DNA of 64,000 nucleotides, from assembly GCA_963666465.1 (NCBI GenBank), contig OY762824.1, forward strand, positions 810,112-874,111, written 5' to 3'. The position numbers and the translations under genes were made by a program. Source of the DNA: Pseudomonadales bacterium. GTDB lineage: Bacteria; Pseudomonadota; Gammaproteobacteria; Pseudomonadales; Azotimanducaceae. The notes beneath the pieces were generated by a model, which did no database searches, had not been told where the DNA came from, and worked only from the letters and a program-made list of their open reading frames with translations. Shown piece after piece: positions 38,440 through 48,099 of this stretch; positions within the stretch are counted from its first letter, which is position 1, and the number at the start of each line of letters is the position of its first letter.

Positions 38440-38613
38440 TTGCATGGAAGCACGCCCCCAGCGATGGGGGAATTGCCGGCACTTCCTTGCGCGTCAGCGG
38501 TCGGGGATGCTTCCCCGGCTGAAGGCTTGCATGGAAGCACGCCCCCAGCGATGGGGGAATTGCCGGCACTTCCTTGCGCGTCAGCGGTCGGGGATGCTTC
38601 CCCGGCTGAAGGC
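38440..38613 (+). repeat. Two perfect tandem copies of the 87-bp intergenic element (type E)
   Basis: The unit ttgcatggaagcacgcccccagcgatgggggaattgccggcacttccttgcgcgtcagcggtcggggatgcttccccggctgaaggc occupies 38440-38526 and 38527-38613, followed by tcctag. Confidence 0.9.
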
Positions 38614-38647
38614 TCCTAGGCAGGACATAGAACAGGGATTGCAGATC

Positions 38648-39790
38648 GTGACGGATGCCATAGAGCCTTTCGAGATTCTCGTTCCCGATTCCGCCCTCCT
38701 GGACCTCAAGGAGCGGCTTGCGCGCACGCGCTGGCCGGAGGCGGAGACGGTGTCCGATTGGAGTCAGGGCATTCCGCTCGCCTATGTGCAGGAGCTTTGC
38801 GGCTACTGGCGCCACAGCTACGACTGGCGCGTGGTGGAGGCGCGCATCAACGCCCTGCCGCAGTTCGTCACAAGCATCGACGGCGTGGACATCCACTTCC
38901 TGCATGTGCGCTCGCCACGCGATGATGCGAAGCCGCTGGTGCTCACGCATGGCTGGCCTGGCTCCATCGTCGAGTTTCTGAAGGTGATCGGGCCGTTGTC
39001 CGATCCTGCTGCCCACGGTGGCGATGGGGCCGATGCCTTCCACCTTGTGGTCCCCTCCATTCCCGGCTATGGCTTCTCCGGCAAGCCGACCAGGACGGGC
39101 TGGGGGGTGCAGCGGGTTGGCCACGCCTGGGCGGAACTCATGGCCCGTCTCGGCTACGAAAGCTACTTCGCCCAGGGTGGTGACTGGGGTGCCGGCATCA
39201 CCGTCGCCATCGGCCTTCAAGACAGCGAACACTGCGCCGGCATCCACACCAACATGCCGACCGTGGGGCCGGACCGCGACACCATGGACGACCTCACCGA
39301 ACAGGAGCAGGACGCCATCCGTGCGCAGCAGTTCTATCAGGACTGGGATTCGGGCTACTCCAAGCAGCAGAGCACGCGACCGCAGACGCTCGGATACGGA
39401 TTGGTGGATTCTCCCGCCGGCCAAGCGGCGTGGATCGTCGAGAAGTTCCATCGGTGGACCGACTGCCAAGGCCACCCGGAGAACGTGCTGAGCCGGGACG
39501 AACTGCTCGACAACGTGATGATGTATTGGATCAATGCCTGCGGCGCGTCTTCGGCGCGGCTGTATTGGGAGAGCTTCGGGCGTGGCGGCGGCAGTGGCGA
39601 CATCACCGTGCCGTCGGGGGTGAGCATGTTCCCGAAGGAAATCTTTCGCGCCTCCAAGCGCTGGGTCGAGCGGCGCTTCAAGGACCTTCGCTACTACAAC
39701 ACGCTCGACCGGGGAGGGCATTTCGCGGCGTTTGAGCAGCCGGAGCTATTTGTCGGCGAGTTGCGCGCCTGTTTCCGCACCATGCGGTGA
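38648..39790 (+). CDS. Epoxide hydrolase (microsomal-EH-like N-terminal domain plus alpha/beta hydrolase)
   Basis: PFEILVPDSALLDLKERLARTRWP...IHFLHVRS...PLVLTHGWPGS..GGDWGA. A GTG at 38648 is proposed; the upstream part of the ORF is repeat sequence. Confidence 0.9.
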   Translation: MTDAIEPFEILVPDSALLDLKERLARTRWPEAETVSDWSQGIPLAYVQELCGYWRHSYDWRVVEARINALPQFVTSIDGVDIHFLHVRSPRDDAKPLVLTHGWPGSIVEFLKVIGPLSDPAAHGGDGADAFHLVVPSIPGYGFSGKPTRTGWGVQRVGHAWAELMARLGYESYFAQGGDWGAGITVAIGLQDSEHCAGIHTNMPTVGPDRDTMDDLTEQEQDAIRAQQFYQDWDSGYSKQQSTRPQTLGYGLVDSPAGQAAWIVEKFHRWTDCQGHPENVLSRDELLDNVMMYWINACGASSARLYWESFGRGGGSGDITVPSGVSMFPKEIFRASKRWVERRFKDLRYYNTLDRGGHFAAFEQPELFVGELRACFRTMR

Positions 39791-39814
39791 AAAGCGATGC
39801 AAGGAAGTCCCCCA

Positions 39815-40966
39815 ATGTCGGACCATTTTCAGAAACATGCACCTCACGCACATCAGGAGCCTCGCACGGAACTCCAGGCGCGGCTCGCGCGCATTCGCAT
39901 CCGCGGATTCCGCTCCCTCGCCGATGTGGAGCTCGACGAACTTGACGACCTGACTGTGGTAGTCGGCCCTTGCGGCGCCGGCAAGTCCAACTTCGTCCGC
40001 TTCTTCGACATGCTGAGCTGGATGCTGCGCTCGCGACGACTGGGCGAGTTCGTGGCCCGCTATGGCGGCGCCGACGATCAGCTCTTCGGCGGTGCCGACG
40101 AGACCATGCGACTGGAGGCAGATCTGAGCCTGCGCACCCAGGTCGGGCGCAACGACTATCGCTTTGCGCTCTCCCATGCCCATCCCGATCGCTTCGTCTT
40201 CGTCGAGGAGGCGTTCCGCTTCAGCCGCGACGGCCTGCCCACCGAGGCGAATTGGCGGCATCTGGGCGCTGGCCATCACGAAGCGCAGATCGTCGATGCC
40301 GGGCACCCCGGTGCCGAGCCGAGCGCCAATCGCACCACCGCCGCCACCATCGTCCGGCTGCTCCGAGGCTGCGCTACCTATCAGTTTCAGGACACCTCCG
40401 ACGAATCCAACTTCAAGCGGCGCTGGGATGCCGACGACAACCTGCGCCTGCGCCGCCACGGCGGCAATCTTGCGGCGCTGCTTTGGCGGCTGGAGGAGGA
40501 GGACCCGGAGGTCTTCGAGGAGATCTGCGCCCAGATTCGCCGTGCGCTCCCGGGCTTCGGCAAGTTCGAGGTGGACGAGCACTACGGCAAGGTGACGCTG
40601 GCATGGCGGGCCAACTGGAGCGAACGCCGCTTCACTACCAACCTCACCTCCGACGGCTCGATTCGCCTGTTCGCATTGCTGACGTTGCTGAACCTGCCGT
40701 CGGACCTGATGCCCAACGTGATGCTGATCGACGAGCCCGAACTGGGCCTGCACCCGGCGGCAATCGACGTGGTGGCGGATTCCGTGCACGCCTTGGAAGG
40801 CCGCAAGCAGGTCATCATCGTCACGCAGTCGCCGCGCCTGGTCGATGCCCTCGACGTAGACGACGTGGTGACCTTCGACTTCATCGAAGGTCGCACGGTC
40901 GCGAGACAGCGCGACCGCGGCGAGTTGCAGGCGTGGCTGGAGGAGGACTTCTCGAATCCCGGTTAG
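39815..40966 (+). CDS. Orphan ABC/SMC-head-like ATPase (AAA_15/AAA_21-type)
   Basis: N-terminal IRIRGFRSLADVELDELDDLTVVVGPCGAGKSN (Walker A). C-terminal VMLIDEPELGLHP (Walker B/D-loop) and IIVTQSP. aaggaag lies upstream of the ATG at 39815; an alternative ATG is at 39797. Confidence 0.8.
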   Translation: MSDHFQKHAPHAHQEPRTELQARLARIRIRGFRSLADVELDELDDLTVVVGPCGAGKSNFVRFFDMLSWMLRSRRLGEFVARYGGADDQLFGGADETMRLEADLSLRTQVGRNDYRFALSHAHPDRFVFVEEAFRFSRDGLPTEANWRHLGAGHHEAQIVDAGHPGAEPSANRTTAATIVRLLRGCATYQFQDTSDESNFKRRWDADDNLRLRRHGGNLAALLWRLEEEDPEVFEEICAQIRRALPGFGKFEVDEHYGKVTLAWRANWSERRFTTNLTSDGSIRLFALLTLLNLPSDLMPNVMLIDEPELGLHPAAIDVVADSVHALEGRKQVIIVTQSPRLVDALDVDDVVTFDFIEGRTVARQRDRGELQAWLEEDFSNPG

Positions 40967-41127
40967 GCGCGAAGCTGCTTGGGTTCAGGGAGGACCACCC
41001 CCCTCCGACGAAGCCGAGGGGCAGCTCCGCGCTCCAAGGGCGCGCATCCACCTTCCCCAAGGGGGAGTAACGGAGAGAGGAGGCCGCTCTCTGGAGGGCG
41101 CGCGGCTCGCCCGGCTCCTCGTCGCGA

Positions 41128-44115
41128 CTACTCGCCAAGCCTGTAGCGCAGCTTCACGACGAAGATGTCGGCGATCGGTTCTTCGAGGGCGTTGAGCAGA
41201 TGGTCCAGCTGGCCGTCGGCAAGCTCCGCGTCTGAGCCGTGGTAGAACTGATTGCCGCCGCGGGTATAGACCACGAAGAGGTCCGACAAGGGGGCGATCT
41301 GCCAGCGGTAGCGCAGTTGCGCCGTGAGTTGGCTCACGGCGAAGTCGTCCGATTCGTCGCCCTGGGGCCGTGGCACCACGCTGCCGTCCTCCGCGATCCG
41401 CCAGAACTCCTGCTCTGTGGCATCGATGCCGGCCCATTGCATCGTCAGCCGCAATTGCTGGCGGGCGGAGAGGAACAGGTCCATCGCCAGCCGGGGCTGC
41501 CAGTTGTTCGCCTCGAAGGTGGTCAGGTCACGATCTTCCTGATAGCGCAGCCAGCCGTCGTGGCCGAAGTAGTTGAGGTCGAAGTCGAGAGAGAAGCGGT
41601 CCAACGGCTTGTAGGTGAAGCCGGCGGCCGCCATGGCGGTCATGCCGCCGAGTTCTTCCTGCATCCCGCCACCCATGACGCTCCAACTGAGTGTCTTGCT
41701 CGTGTCGGTGCCGAAGCTCACATCCAGCCAGGCCCGCGCGTCCGCCTTGTAGGCGCCGTTGCCGCGGGTTTCGAGATCGTCCCACCGCTCTGGGAAATAG
41801 AACACCGAGGTGCGGACTTCGCTCAGATTGCTGAATGTGAGCGAATTGAAGATGAAGACGCCACTGCGCACGGGCTGCCCCTCGGCGTTCTCGTAGTAGC
41901 CCATGTTCACGTTGGTGGCCATGCGGCGCAGCCCAAGCACGTTCGGCTGGATGTACGACAGCGAATAGCGCCCGCCGATCATGTTGTTGCGCTGGAGGAA
42001 GCCGAGGTCGTTGATGTTCAGCTCGTCATCGAAGTAGTCGAGGGAGAGGTTGTGCATCAGGCCTTGACGCTGGGTGAAGTAGATGTCCGCCCAGCCGCCG
42101 TAACCGGTGCTGCTGGTGAGTCCGCCATGCTCGTTATCGCGACAATGCCACCATTGCCGGCCAGCACGCAGCGCGTCTGGATCGCAGCTCACGTCGCTCG
42201 CCAGCAGTTGCACGTCCGCCCGCAGCCGCCCGCTCAAGGCGAGATGGTGGGTGTCGATGGAATGAACGCTGGCGGTTTGCAGAGGATGGTCGAGCAGGGT
42301 TCCCATGTAGCCGACCGCCTGGCGCCCGGCGCCAGTGGTTTCGTAGAGCACCCTGGCGACGCCAAAGTCGCGCCCCATCCCCTGCAGCATCAGCTCCGCA
42401 TCGGCGTCGTCGGCGTCGTCCCACTCGCCTCGCAGCATGGGATCGTCCTCGAAGGCGGTGAGCACACCGTAGCGCAGCCCTCCCGTCTGGCCGACGATCT
42501 TTGCTGCCCCGAGAAGCTCCGTCGGCTGCGCCGCGCCGCTGCCGGCGACGCTCACGTTGTCCGGCACGTCCACCACCGGCGCCGCGCCGATGCGGCGGGT
42601 GTTGAGCACCGTAGATGGCGAACCGCCGAACGAACTCTGCGTGCGTCGGGAGCCGCCGCCGGAGGCGCCGCTGGCGTTGCTCGAACTGCTGCGGCGACTC
42701 GTGGAGGAACGTCCGGAAGTGACGAATATCTCGTTGCCCTCGAGGAAGAACAGCCGCTTCTCCGGGAAGAAGGTTTCGCGTGCGGTGAGGTTGATGATGA
42801 CGTCGTCCGATTCCACCGCCCCGAAGTCGGGATAGACGGCTGCGGTCACCTGGAAGTTGGACGACGGACGCCAGAAGACATCCGCACCGGCGCGGTAGCG
42901 ACTTTGGCCGCCCACGGTGTCGTGCGAGGCCGTGAGATACGGAAACACCGCCGTCTGCTGGCGCGGCGCCACCCTGGGCAGGAGCATCGGCTGCAATGCC
43001 GACATGAAGCGGGCACCGGTGAAGGGGAGTCCCGGCCAGCCCCAGCGCTCGTCGATGTAGGCCACCTTGCGATTGGTGAAGATGCCCATCGTTCGGTCGC
43101 CTTCCACCTGCGGCATCGTCATCATCGACCAGGGCAGGAAGAGCTCGGCAGACCAGCCGTCGTCAAGCTCCTGCGTGGCGCTGTCCCAGGGCCCGTCCCA
43201 TTCGCGGGAGAAATCGCGCTCCGGGGCCACCTTGCCATCCATCACCGAGCCGCCCAGATTGACGCTGAACCAGTAGCCGTAGAGACCCTGGCCGGAGGTG
43301 TCGATGGTGATGCCCCAGCCGTCGCGGTTGATGAAGTCGTCGCGGGACGACAGCCTGGCGATGAGAGTCTCCGGCGGCTGCTCGTTCCAGACACCGACAT
43401 AGAGCCCCTGTTCGGTGTAGATGTAGCGGGCGATGCTGCGAAAGCGCGCCGGCTGCAAGGTGTCCGGCTCCACCACCACCATGTTGTCGTAGCCGGGAAC
43501 CTCGCTCCACGCCGGCTCGCTCAGGTGGCCGTCGATGAGGATGTCCACGCTGTCGTATCGCGGCACGACGATGGCGTCGCCCACGTCGAGGCGCATTTGC
43601 CCATCCGAACTCGCCGACGCGACGGATTGGACTTCCACGTCTGCCGGCGCCTCGGTCTGCGCTTCTGCCTTGATCGGTGCCTGGGGGGCGGGCTGCGGGT
43701 CCGCCATCGGTTCGGCATCGGCGACCGCGGCAGGCATGGGTTGCGGCTCAGCCGGCGCGACTCTTGTGGGAGGAGCGACTGTGCGAGGAGCGACTGTGCG
43801 AGGAACGACTGTGGGAGGAGCGACGCCAGGCCAATACCACGCGTCCGGGAAGCCGGCGTCGCGGGCGCGAGCAAGGATGTTGCGCGCCTGCGCCTCGGTG
43901 CCCTCCTCGCCTGCCACCACCCGATAGCGACGCTCGCCATTGATGTCCACCGGCACCACCCGCACCGCCACATCGAGGCCGACAGCGACCCGCTCGCGCT
44001 GGGCGTCCGCCATGTCGCGATTGACAAAGCTGCCGAACACCACGCCGGCCGCGACGGCGTTCAGCGCCATCGATGTCAGGGCAAGCGCGATCAAGGGCGG
44101 CAGCAGCCGTCGCAT
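41128..44115 (-). CDS. Large secreted/outer-membrane protein: N-terminal SPOR-like domain, Pro-rich linker, CBM9-like/DUF5916-like beta-rich body
   Basis: Signal peptide MRRLLPPLIALALTSMALNAVAAG with a strong aaggag upstream. SPOR-like VVFGSF..RYRVVAGEEGTEAQARNILARARDAGFPDAWYW. DGHLSEPAWSEVP...DGWGITIDTSG resembles CBM9/DUF5916 proteins (from memory). Confidence 0.65.
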   Translation of the reverse strand: MRRLLPPLIALALTSMALNAVAAGVVFGSFVNRDMADAQRERVAVGLDVAVRVVPVDINGERRYRVVAGEEGTEAQARNILARARDAGFPDAWYWPGVAPPTVVPRTVAPRTVAPPTRVAPAEPQPMPAAVADAEPMADPQPAPQAPIKAEAQTEAPADVEVQSVASASSDGQMRLDVGDAIVVPRYDSVDILIDGHLSEPAWSEVPGYDNMVVVEPDTLQPARFRSIARYIYTEQGLYVGVWNEQPPETLIARLSSRDDFINRDGWGITIDTSGQGLYGYWFSVNLGGSVMDGKVAPERDFSREWDGPWDSATQELDDGWSAELFLPWSMMTMPQVEGDRTMGIFTNRKVAYIDERWGWPGLPFTGARFMSALQPMLLPRVAPRQQTAVFPYLTASHDTVGGQSRYRAGADVFWRPSSNFQVTAAVYPDFGAVESDDVIINLTARETFFPEKRLFFLEGNEIFVTSGRSSTSRRSSSSNASGASGGGSRRTQSSFGGSPSTVLNTRRIGAAPVVDVPDNVSVAGSGAAQPTELLGAAKIVGQTGGLRYGVLTAFEDDPMLRGEWDDADDADAELMLQGMGRDFGVARVLYETTGAGRQAVGYMGTLLDHPLQTASVHSIDTHHLALSGRLRADVQLLASDVSCDPDALRAGRQWWHCRDNEHGGLTSSTGYGGWADIYFTQRQGLMHNLSLDYFDDELNINDLGFLQRNNMIGGRYSLSYIQPNVLGLRRMATNVNMGYYENAEGQPVRSGVFIFNSLTFSNLSEVRTSVFYFPERWDDLETRGNGAYKADARAWLDVSFGTDTSKTLSWSVMGGGMQEELGGMTAMAAAGFTYKPLDRFSLDFDLNYFGHDGWLRYQEDRDLTTFEANNWQPRLAMDLFLSARQQLRLTMQWAGIDATEQEFWRIAEDGSVVPRPQGDESDDFAVSQLTAQLRYRWQIAPLSDLFVVYTRGGNQFYHGSDAELADGQLDHLLNALEEPIADIFVVKLRYRLGE

Positions 44116-44205
44116 GGCCTTCTCCTTGTGAGCCTTCGCAAACGCGCCGCTGACGCGGCGGCCGCGCACTTGCGCGGAGCGCACTGCCATGAAAGCGGCG
44201 AGGGA

Positions 44206-45501
44206 TTATAGGCCGCGATCCCGCGCTCGCAGTTCCTCGAGCCGTGCCGCCAGCCGCGCCTCCACGCCGCGATCTGCCGGGCGGTAGAACTGCACGTCGG
44301 GCATCTCGTCCGGCAGGTAGCGCTCGCCGGCGGCGTAGCCATCGTCTTCGTCGTGGGCGTAGCGATAGTCCTTGCCGTGGCCCAGCGACTCCATCAGCTT
44401 GGTCGGCGCGTTGCGAAAGCGCAGCGGCACCTCCCAGGAGGGATTCTCGCGCACGAAGGACATTGCCTCGCCGAACGCCCGCAGAGCCGCATTGCTCTTT
44501 GGCGTCGCCGCCAGGTAAATCGTCGCCTCGGCAAGGGCGAGTTCCCCTTCCGGCGAGCCGACGCGGCGATAGGCTTCCCAGGCGTCCATGGCGATCTGCA
44601 AGGCGCGGGGGTCCGCAAGACCGATGTCCTCGCTCGCCATGCGGGTGAGTCGCCGGGCGATGTAGGCCGGATCGCAGCCGCCGTCCAGCATCCGTGCCAG
44701 CCAATAAAGCGCTGCATCCGGCGAACTGCCGCGCACTGCCTTGTGCAGCGCGGAAATCTGGTTGTAGAAGGCATCGCCGCCCTTGTCGAAGCGACGGTGC
44801 GATTCCCCGCTCGCCTCCAGCACATGCCCGGCGGCGATGATGCCGTCGGCAAGCTGCGCCGCCACTTCGAGGGTGTTCAGGACGCGGCGTGCGTCGCCGT
44901 CGGCGAGGGCCACGAGTTCGGCGAGGGCGTCGCCGGCGATCTCCATGCCGCCCAGTTCCCGTTCCAGCGCTCGCCCCACGAGCTGCGCCAGGTCTTCCGC
45001 CGCCAGGGAGCGCAGCACGTACACCCGCGAACGGGACAGCAAGGCGGCATTGACCTCGAACGAGGGATTCTCCGTGGTGGCGCCGATGAAGGTGATCGTG
45101 CCGCGCTCCACGTGCGGCAGGAATGCGTCCTGCTGCGCCTTGTTGAAGCGGTGTACCTCGTCGATGAAGAGCACCGTCACCTCGGCACGGGCCTCGGCCT
45201 CGGCAATGGCGGCGCGTACCTCCTTGAGCCCGGACAGCACCGCGGACAGGCTCTGAAATTGCGCCCCCGCCGCCTCCGCCAAGAGCCGCGCGAGCGTGGT
45301 CTTGCCGACGCCGGGCGGTCCCCAGAGGATCATCGAATGCACGCTGCCAGCTTCGGCCAGGCGCCGGAGCGGTCGTTCGGCGCCCAGAAGGTGGCCTTGG
45401 CCGACGAATTCATCGAGGTGCAGCGGGCGCATTCGATGCGCCAGGGGCCGCCCCGCATCGCGGTCGGCAGAGCCGTCGCGGAACAGGTTCTTCTGGGCCA
45501 T
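44206..45501 (-). CDS. rarA: Replication-associated recombination protein A (RarA/MgsA)
   Basis: RMRPLHLDEFVGQGHLLG..LWGPPGVGKTTLARL..LFIDEVHRFNKAQQD. Full-length RarA pattern. Confidence 0.95.
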   Translation of the reverse strand: MAQKNLFRDGSADRDAGRPLAHRMRPLHLDEFVGQGHLLGAERPLRRLAEAGSVHSMILWGPPGVGKTTLARLLAEAAGAQFQSLSAVLSGLKEVRAAIAEAEARAEVTVLFIDEVHRFNKAQQDAFLPHVERGTITFIGATTENPSFEVNAALLSRSRVYVLRSLAAEDLAQLVGRALERELGGMEIAGDALAELVALADGDARRVLNTLEVAAQLADGIIAAGHVLEASGESHRRFDKGGDAFYNQISALHKAVRGSSPDAALYWLARMLDGGCDPAYIARRLTRMASEDIGLADPRALQIAMDAWEAYRRVGSPEGELALAEATIYLAATPKSNAALRAFGEAMSFVRENPSWEVPLRFRNAPTKLMESLGHGKDYRYAHDEDDGYAAGERYLPDEMPDVQFYRPADRGVEARLAARLEELRARDRGL

Positions 45502-45503
45502 CG

Positions 45504-46193
45504 CTATCGGGCTTCCAAGGTGGCGTTGGCTTGCAGCGCTCCGGCCTCGCCGATGAGATCCGAGCCCGGCGGGACCTCGAACTCGAACAGTTCGTCCGCA
45601 GGCGTGGTTGCCGTCGTGGCACTGGTGAAGTGGACGTGGGTGGTGCGATCCATGTGGTCCACGATCAGCAACGTGCGTGGCGCCCTGGCGGCGCCGGTGG
45701 CATCTGCCGCATCGAATTCGAGATGCAGCGCCCGATAGAGCGACCGTTCGCTTCGCGGCAGCAGACGGAAACGGCCATCGCCCTCGTCCTCGACGCCGAA
45801 GTGCGTGACCAATGTGCCAGGAGCTTCCAGCAGGAGCATCGCCGGGGTGCCTTCCAGGGCTCCGGCAAGCGGTCGCACCGTCACCTGTTCAAGATCTGGT
45901 TCGTGTACCCACAGCGACACGCCATCCGTCAGCAGGAGCTGCGGCCAGGGCTCGCGCACTTCCCAGCGCAGGCGGCCTGGGCGGCTCAGCGTCATCCGCC
46001 CCGTGGAGGTTTCGAGAGCGAGACCATCCGCATCCGTCACCACCTGCTCGAAGTCCGCCTCCAGCGTGGCGAGCGGGGCCAGCAGCGCCTCGAGGGCAAG
46101 TGCGGCATCATCCTCAGCCTCCGCGGCGTGTGGCATCCCGGCCAGGCCGAGGACGGTCACGACGACGATGGATTTCCTCTGCAAAGTACGCAT
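45504..46193 (-). CDS. lolA: Outer-membrane lipoprotein carrier protein LolA
   Basis: Signal peptide plus LEADFEQVV...GRMTLSRPGRLRWEV..P..QLLLTDG..LWVHEPDLEQV. Conserved lolA-rarA gene order. Confidence 0.85.
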   Translation of the reverse strand: MRTLQRKSIVVVTVLGLAGMPHAAEAEDDAALALEALLAPLATLEADFEQVVTDADGLALETSTGRMTLSRPGRLRWEVREPWPQLLLTDGVSLWVHEPDLEQVTVRPLAGALEGTPAMLLLEAPGTLVTHFGVEDEGDGRFRLLPRSERSLYRALHLEFDAADATGAARAPRTLLIVDHMDRTTHVHFTSATTATTPADELFEFEVPPGSDLIGEAGALQANATLEAR

Positions 46194-46297
46194 GGCTCCA
46201 AGAAAAGCGCGGCAAGCCCCAAGCATCGTAGCAGTTGCCGATGCACGGGTTCGGCCCCCTGATCCAGGCCCCTCGCTGCAGACAGCGAACATGGCCT

Positions 46298-46843
46298 TCA
46301 ACCTGCCGGCAAGCTGTAAATGGCCGATAGTTGCCGGAAGGCGCCGTTGCAGTCCATGCCGCGTCCTACCAAGAACTCGTCCGGCGCTTCGATTGCCGCA
46401 TGGTCGGCCGTCGCCTTCGCGTCCGCCACGTCCTTGTGCACCATCACCGCGGTAATCAACCGCTCTGGGCCCAGGCCACTCAGGCGTTGCTGCGTCGCAG
46501 CCATGGTGATGCCGGCATCAAGAACGTCGTCGAGCAGCACCACGGTGCGCCCCGCTACCTCGCGCTGCAGATCCCTCTCGAACCGCACCTCCCCGCCTAC
46601 GGCGCCTTCCGCGCCGGGCGCGGTGGGATAGCGTGTCGCATGTACGTAGTCCAGTTCCAGCGGGAAGTGAAATCGACGCAGCAAGTCGCCGGTGAACGGG
46701 AGCCCGCCGTTCATCACGCAAACGAGGATGGGATCGGCTTCCCACAGTTCCAGCGCCAGCACCACGGCCAGCCGGTCGATGGCCGCATCTACCTCGTCGG
46801 CGGAGAAAAGCAGTTTGGCGCCTTCTGGCAGCGCCTCCATCAC
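46298..46843 (-). CDS. hpt: Hypoxanthine/guanine phosphoribosyltransferase-like protein
   Basis: PRPP loop [14 protein letters not shown] and a C-terminal [10 protein letters not shown] typical of 6-oxopurine PRTases. Confidence 0.8.
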   Translation of the reverse strand: MMEALPEGAKLLFSADEVDAAIDRLAVVLALELWEADPILVCVMNGGLPFTGDLLRRFHFPLELDYVHATRYPTAPGAEGAVGGEVRFERDLQREVAGRTVVLLDDVLDAGITMAATQQRLSGLGPERLITAVMVHKDVADAKATADHAAIEAPDEFLVGRGMDCNGAFRQLSAIYSLPAG

Positions 46844-47946
46844 GCGCTCTCCCGGCCCGACTCGGCAGTCGCCTCCGGCAACCCCGCCACGTGGACAGTG
46901 CTGGTCGGGAAGGCCATCTCCGCGCCATGCCCTTCGACGATGGCGGCGATGCGCAGCAGCACATCCTGCTTGATGCCGTGAAACGTCACCCAGTCTGTGG
47001 TGCGGGTGAAGGTATACACCATGATGTTCACCGACGAGGCGCCGAACTCGAGCAGGTTGACGATGAGCGTGCGATCCGGGTCGATTTCCTCGTGCTGCCG
47101 AAGCATGGTGCGGACATCATCGACGATCCGCTTGACCACCGCCATGTCGTCGTAGCGCACCCCCACGGTCTCGCTGATGCGACGGTTGTACATCCGCGAG
47201 GGATTCTCCACCGTCAGGGTGGCGAACACGGAGTTCGGCACATAGAGCGGGCGCTGATCGAAGGTGCGGATGCGCGTCAGGCGCCAGCCAATGTCCTCCA
47301 CCGTGCCCTCGATCTGGCGATCGGCGGAGCGAATCCAGTCGCCCACGGCAAAGGGACGATCGAGGAAGATCATCAAGGCGCCGAAGAAGTTCGCCAGGAG
47401 GTCCCGTGCCGCAAAGCCGATGGCGACGCCACCGATGCCGCCGAAGGCAAGCACGCCAGTCACGGAAAAGCCCAGCGACTGCAACGCCATGAGCAGCACG
47501 GTGACGGCCACCGACGCTCGCAGCACCTTGCCGACAGCGGTCGCCGTGGCGCGATCGACCCGCCCCTTGCCGTACGTCGGGTCCGCAACATGGCTCTCCA
47601 GAAACGAGATGTAGCGGATGACGAACCAGCCGATGAGGACCATGGCCGCAACATCGCGCAGGGGATCGATGTAATCGAACAGTGCATTGTCGGTGCCGCT
47701 GCCGGCGACTTCGGCGGCGAACAGAATCCCGATGGTCCAGATGCCCCAGCCGAGCGGCCTTCGCACCGCATCGAGCACGGCGTCGTCGTGCAAGGTGTGC
47801 GTGCGGCCAAGATGCACCGCCACGCGGTACATGACGTGACGCACGAGATAGCGCGCCAGCAGGGTCGCGAAGACGATAAGGAAAACGTAGATGCCCTTGG
47901 GGTTCTCGGCGAATGTCCGCGTGAACCAATCGAGCGTTTCCTGCAC
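46840..47946 (-). CDS. Mechanosensitive ion channel (MscS family)
   Basis: TM helices followed by ...[19 protein letters not shown]...[26 protein letters not shown]. The GTG at 47946 is preceded by ggagagg. The rest of the 676-aa ORF is spurious. Confidence 0.85.
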   Translation of the reverse strand: MQETLDWFTRTFAENPKGIYVFLIVFATLLARYLVRHVMYRVAVHLGRTHTLHDDAVLDAVRRPLGWGIWTIGILFAAEVAGSGTDNALFDYIDPLRDVAAMVLIGWFVIRYISFLESHVADPTYGKGRVDRATATAVGKVLRASVAVTVLLMALQSLGFSVTGVLAFGGIGGVAIGFAARDLLANFFGALMIFLDRPFAVGDWIRSADRQIEGTVEDIGWRLTRIRTFDQRPLYVPNSVFATLTVENPSRMYNRRISETVGVRYDDMAVVKRIVDDVRTMLRQHEEIDPDRTLIVNLLEFGASSVNIMVYTFTRTTDWVTFHGIKQDVLLRIAAIVEGHGAEMAFPTSTVHVAGLPEATAESGRESA

Positions 47947-48053
47947 CGTCCGTCCTCTCCCGGCCCTCGCGGCCTTCAGGTGGCCGCGAATCTTAAACCG
48001 TATGCGACCCCGCAACGGCGCACGCAAAATCAGGTCTGGACAAACGCGCATGG

Positions 48054-48069
48054 CTGGATAGAATCGCAG
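48054..48069 (+). promoter_or_regulatory. Candidate LexA (SOS) box CTG-N10-CAG upstream of lexA
   Basis: ctggatagaatcgcag lies 31 nt upstream of the lexA ATG. It fits the CTG-N10-CAG spacing of the gammaproteobacterial box but has a degenerate core. Confidence 0.3.
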
Positions 48070-48099
48070 GGCCCTCAAAGGATATGCACGAGGTGGTCG

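Noticed and set aside
38440-38613. Possible CRISPR array, or a repeat-protein coding region (peptide HGSTPPAMGELPALPCASAVGDASPAEG x2).
   Set aside because: The repeats are directly adjacent with no spacers, and there are no cas genes. The same unit occurs on both strands in intergenic gaps and in a different frame in other copies, so it is not coding.
41239-44211. 990-aa plus-strand ORF.
   Set aside because: It is antisense to the SPOR/DUF5916-like gene, with no recognisable motifs.
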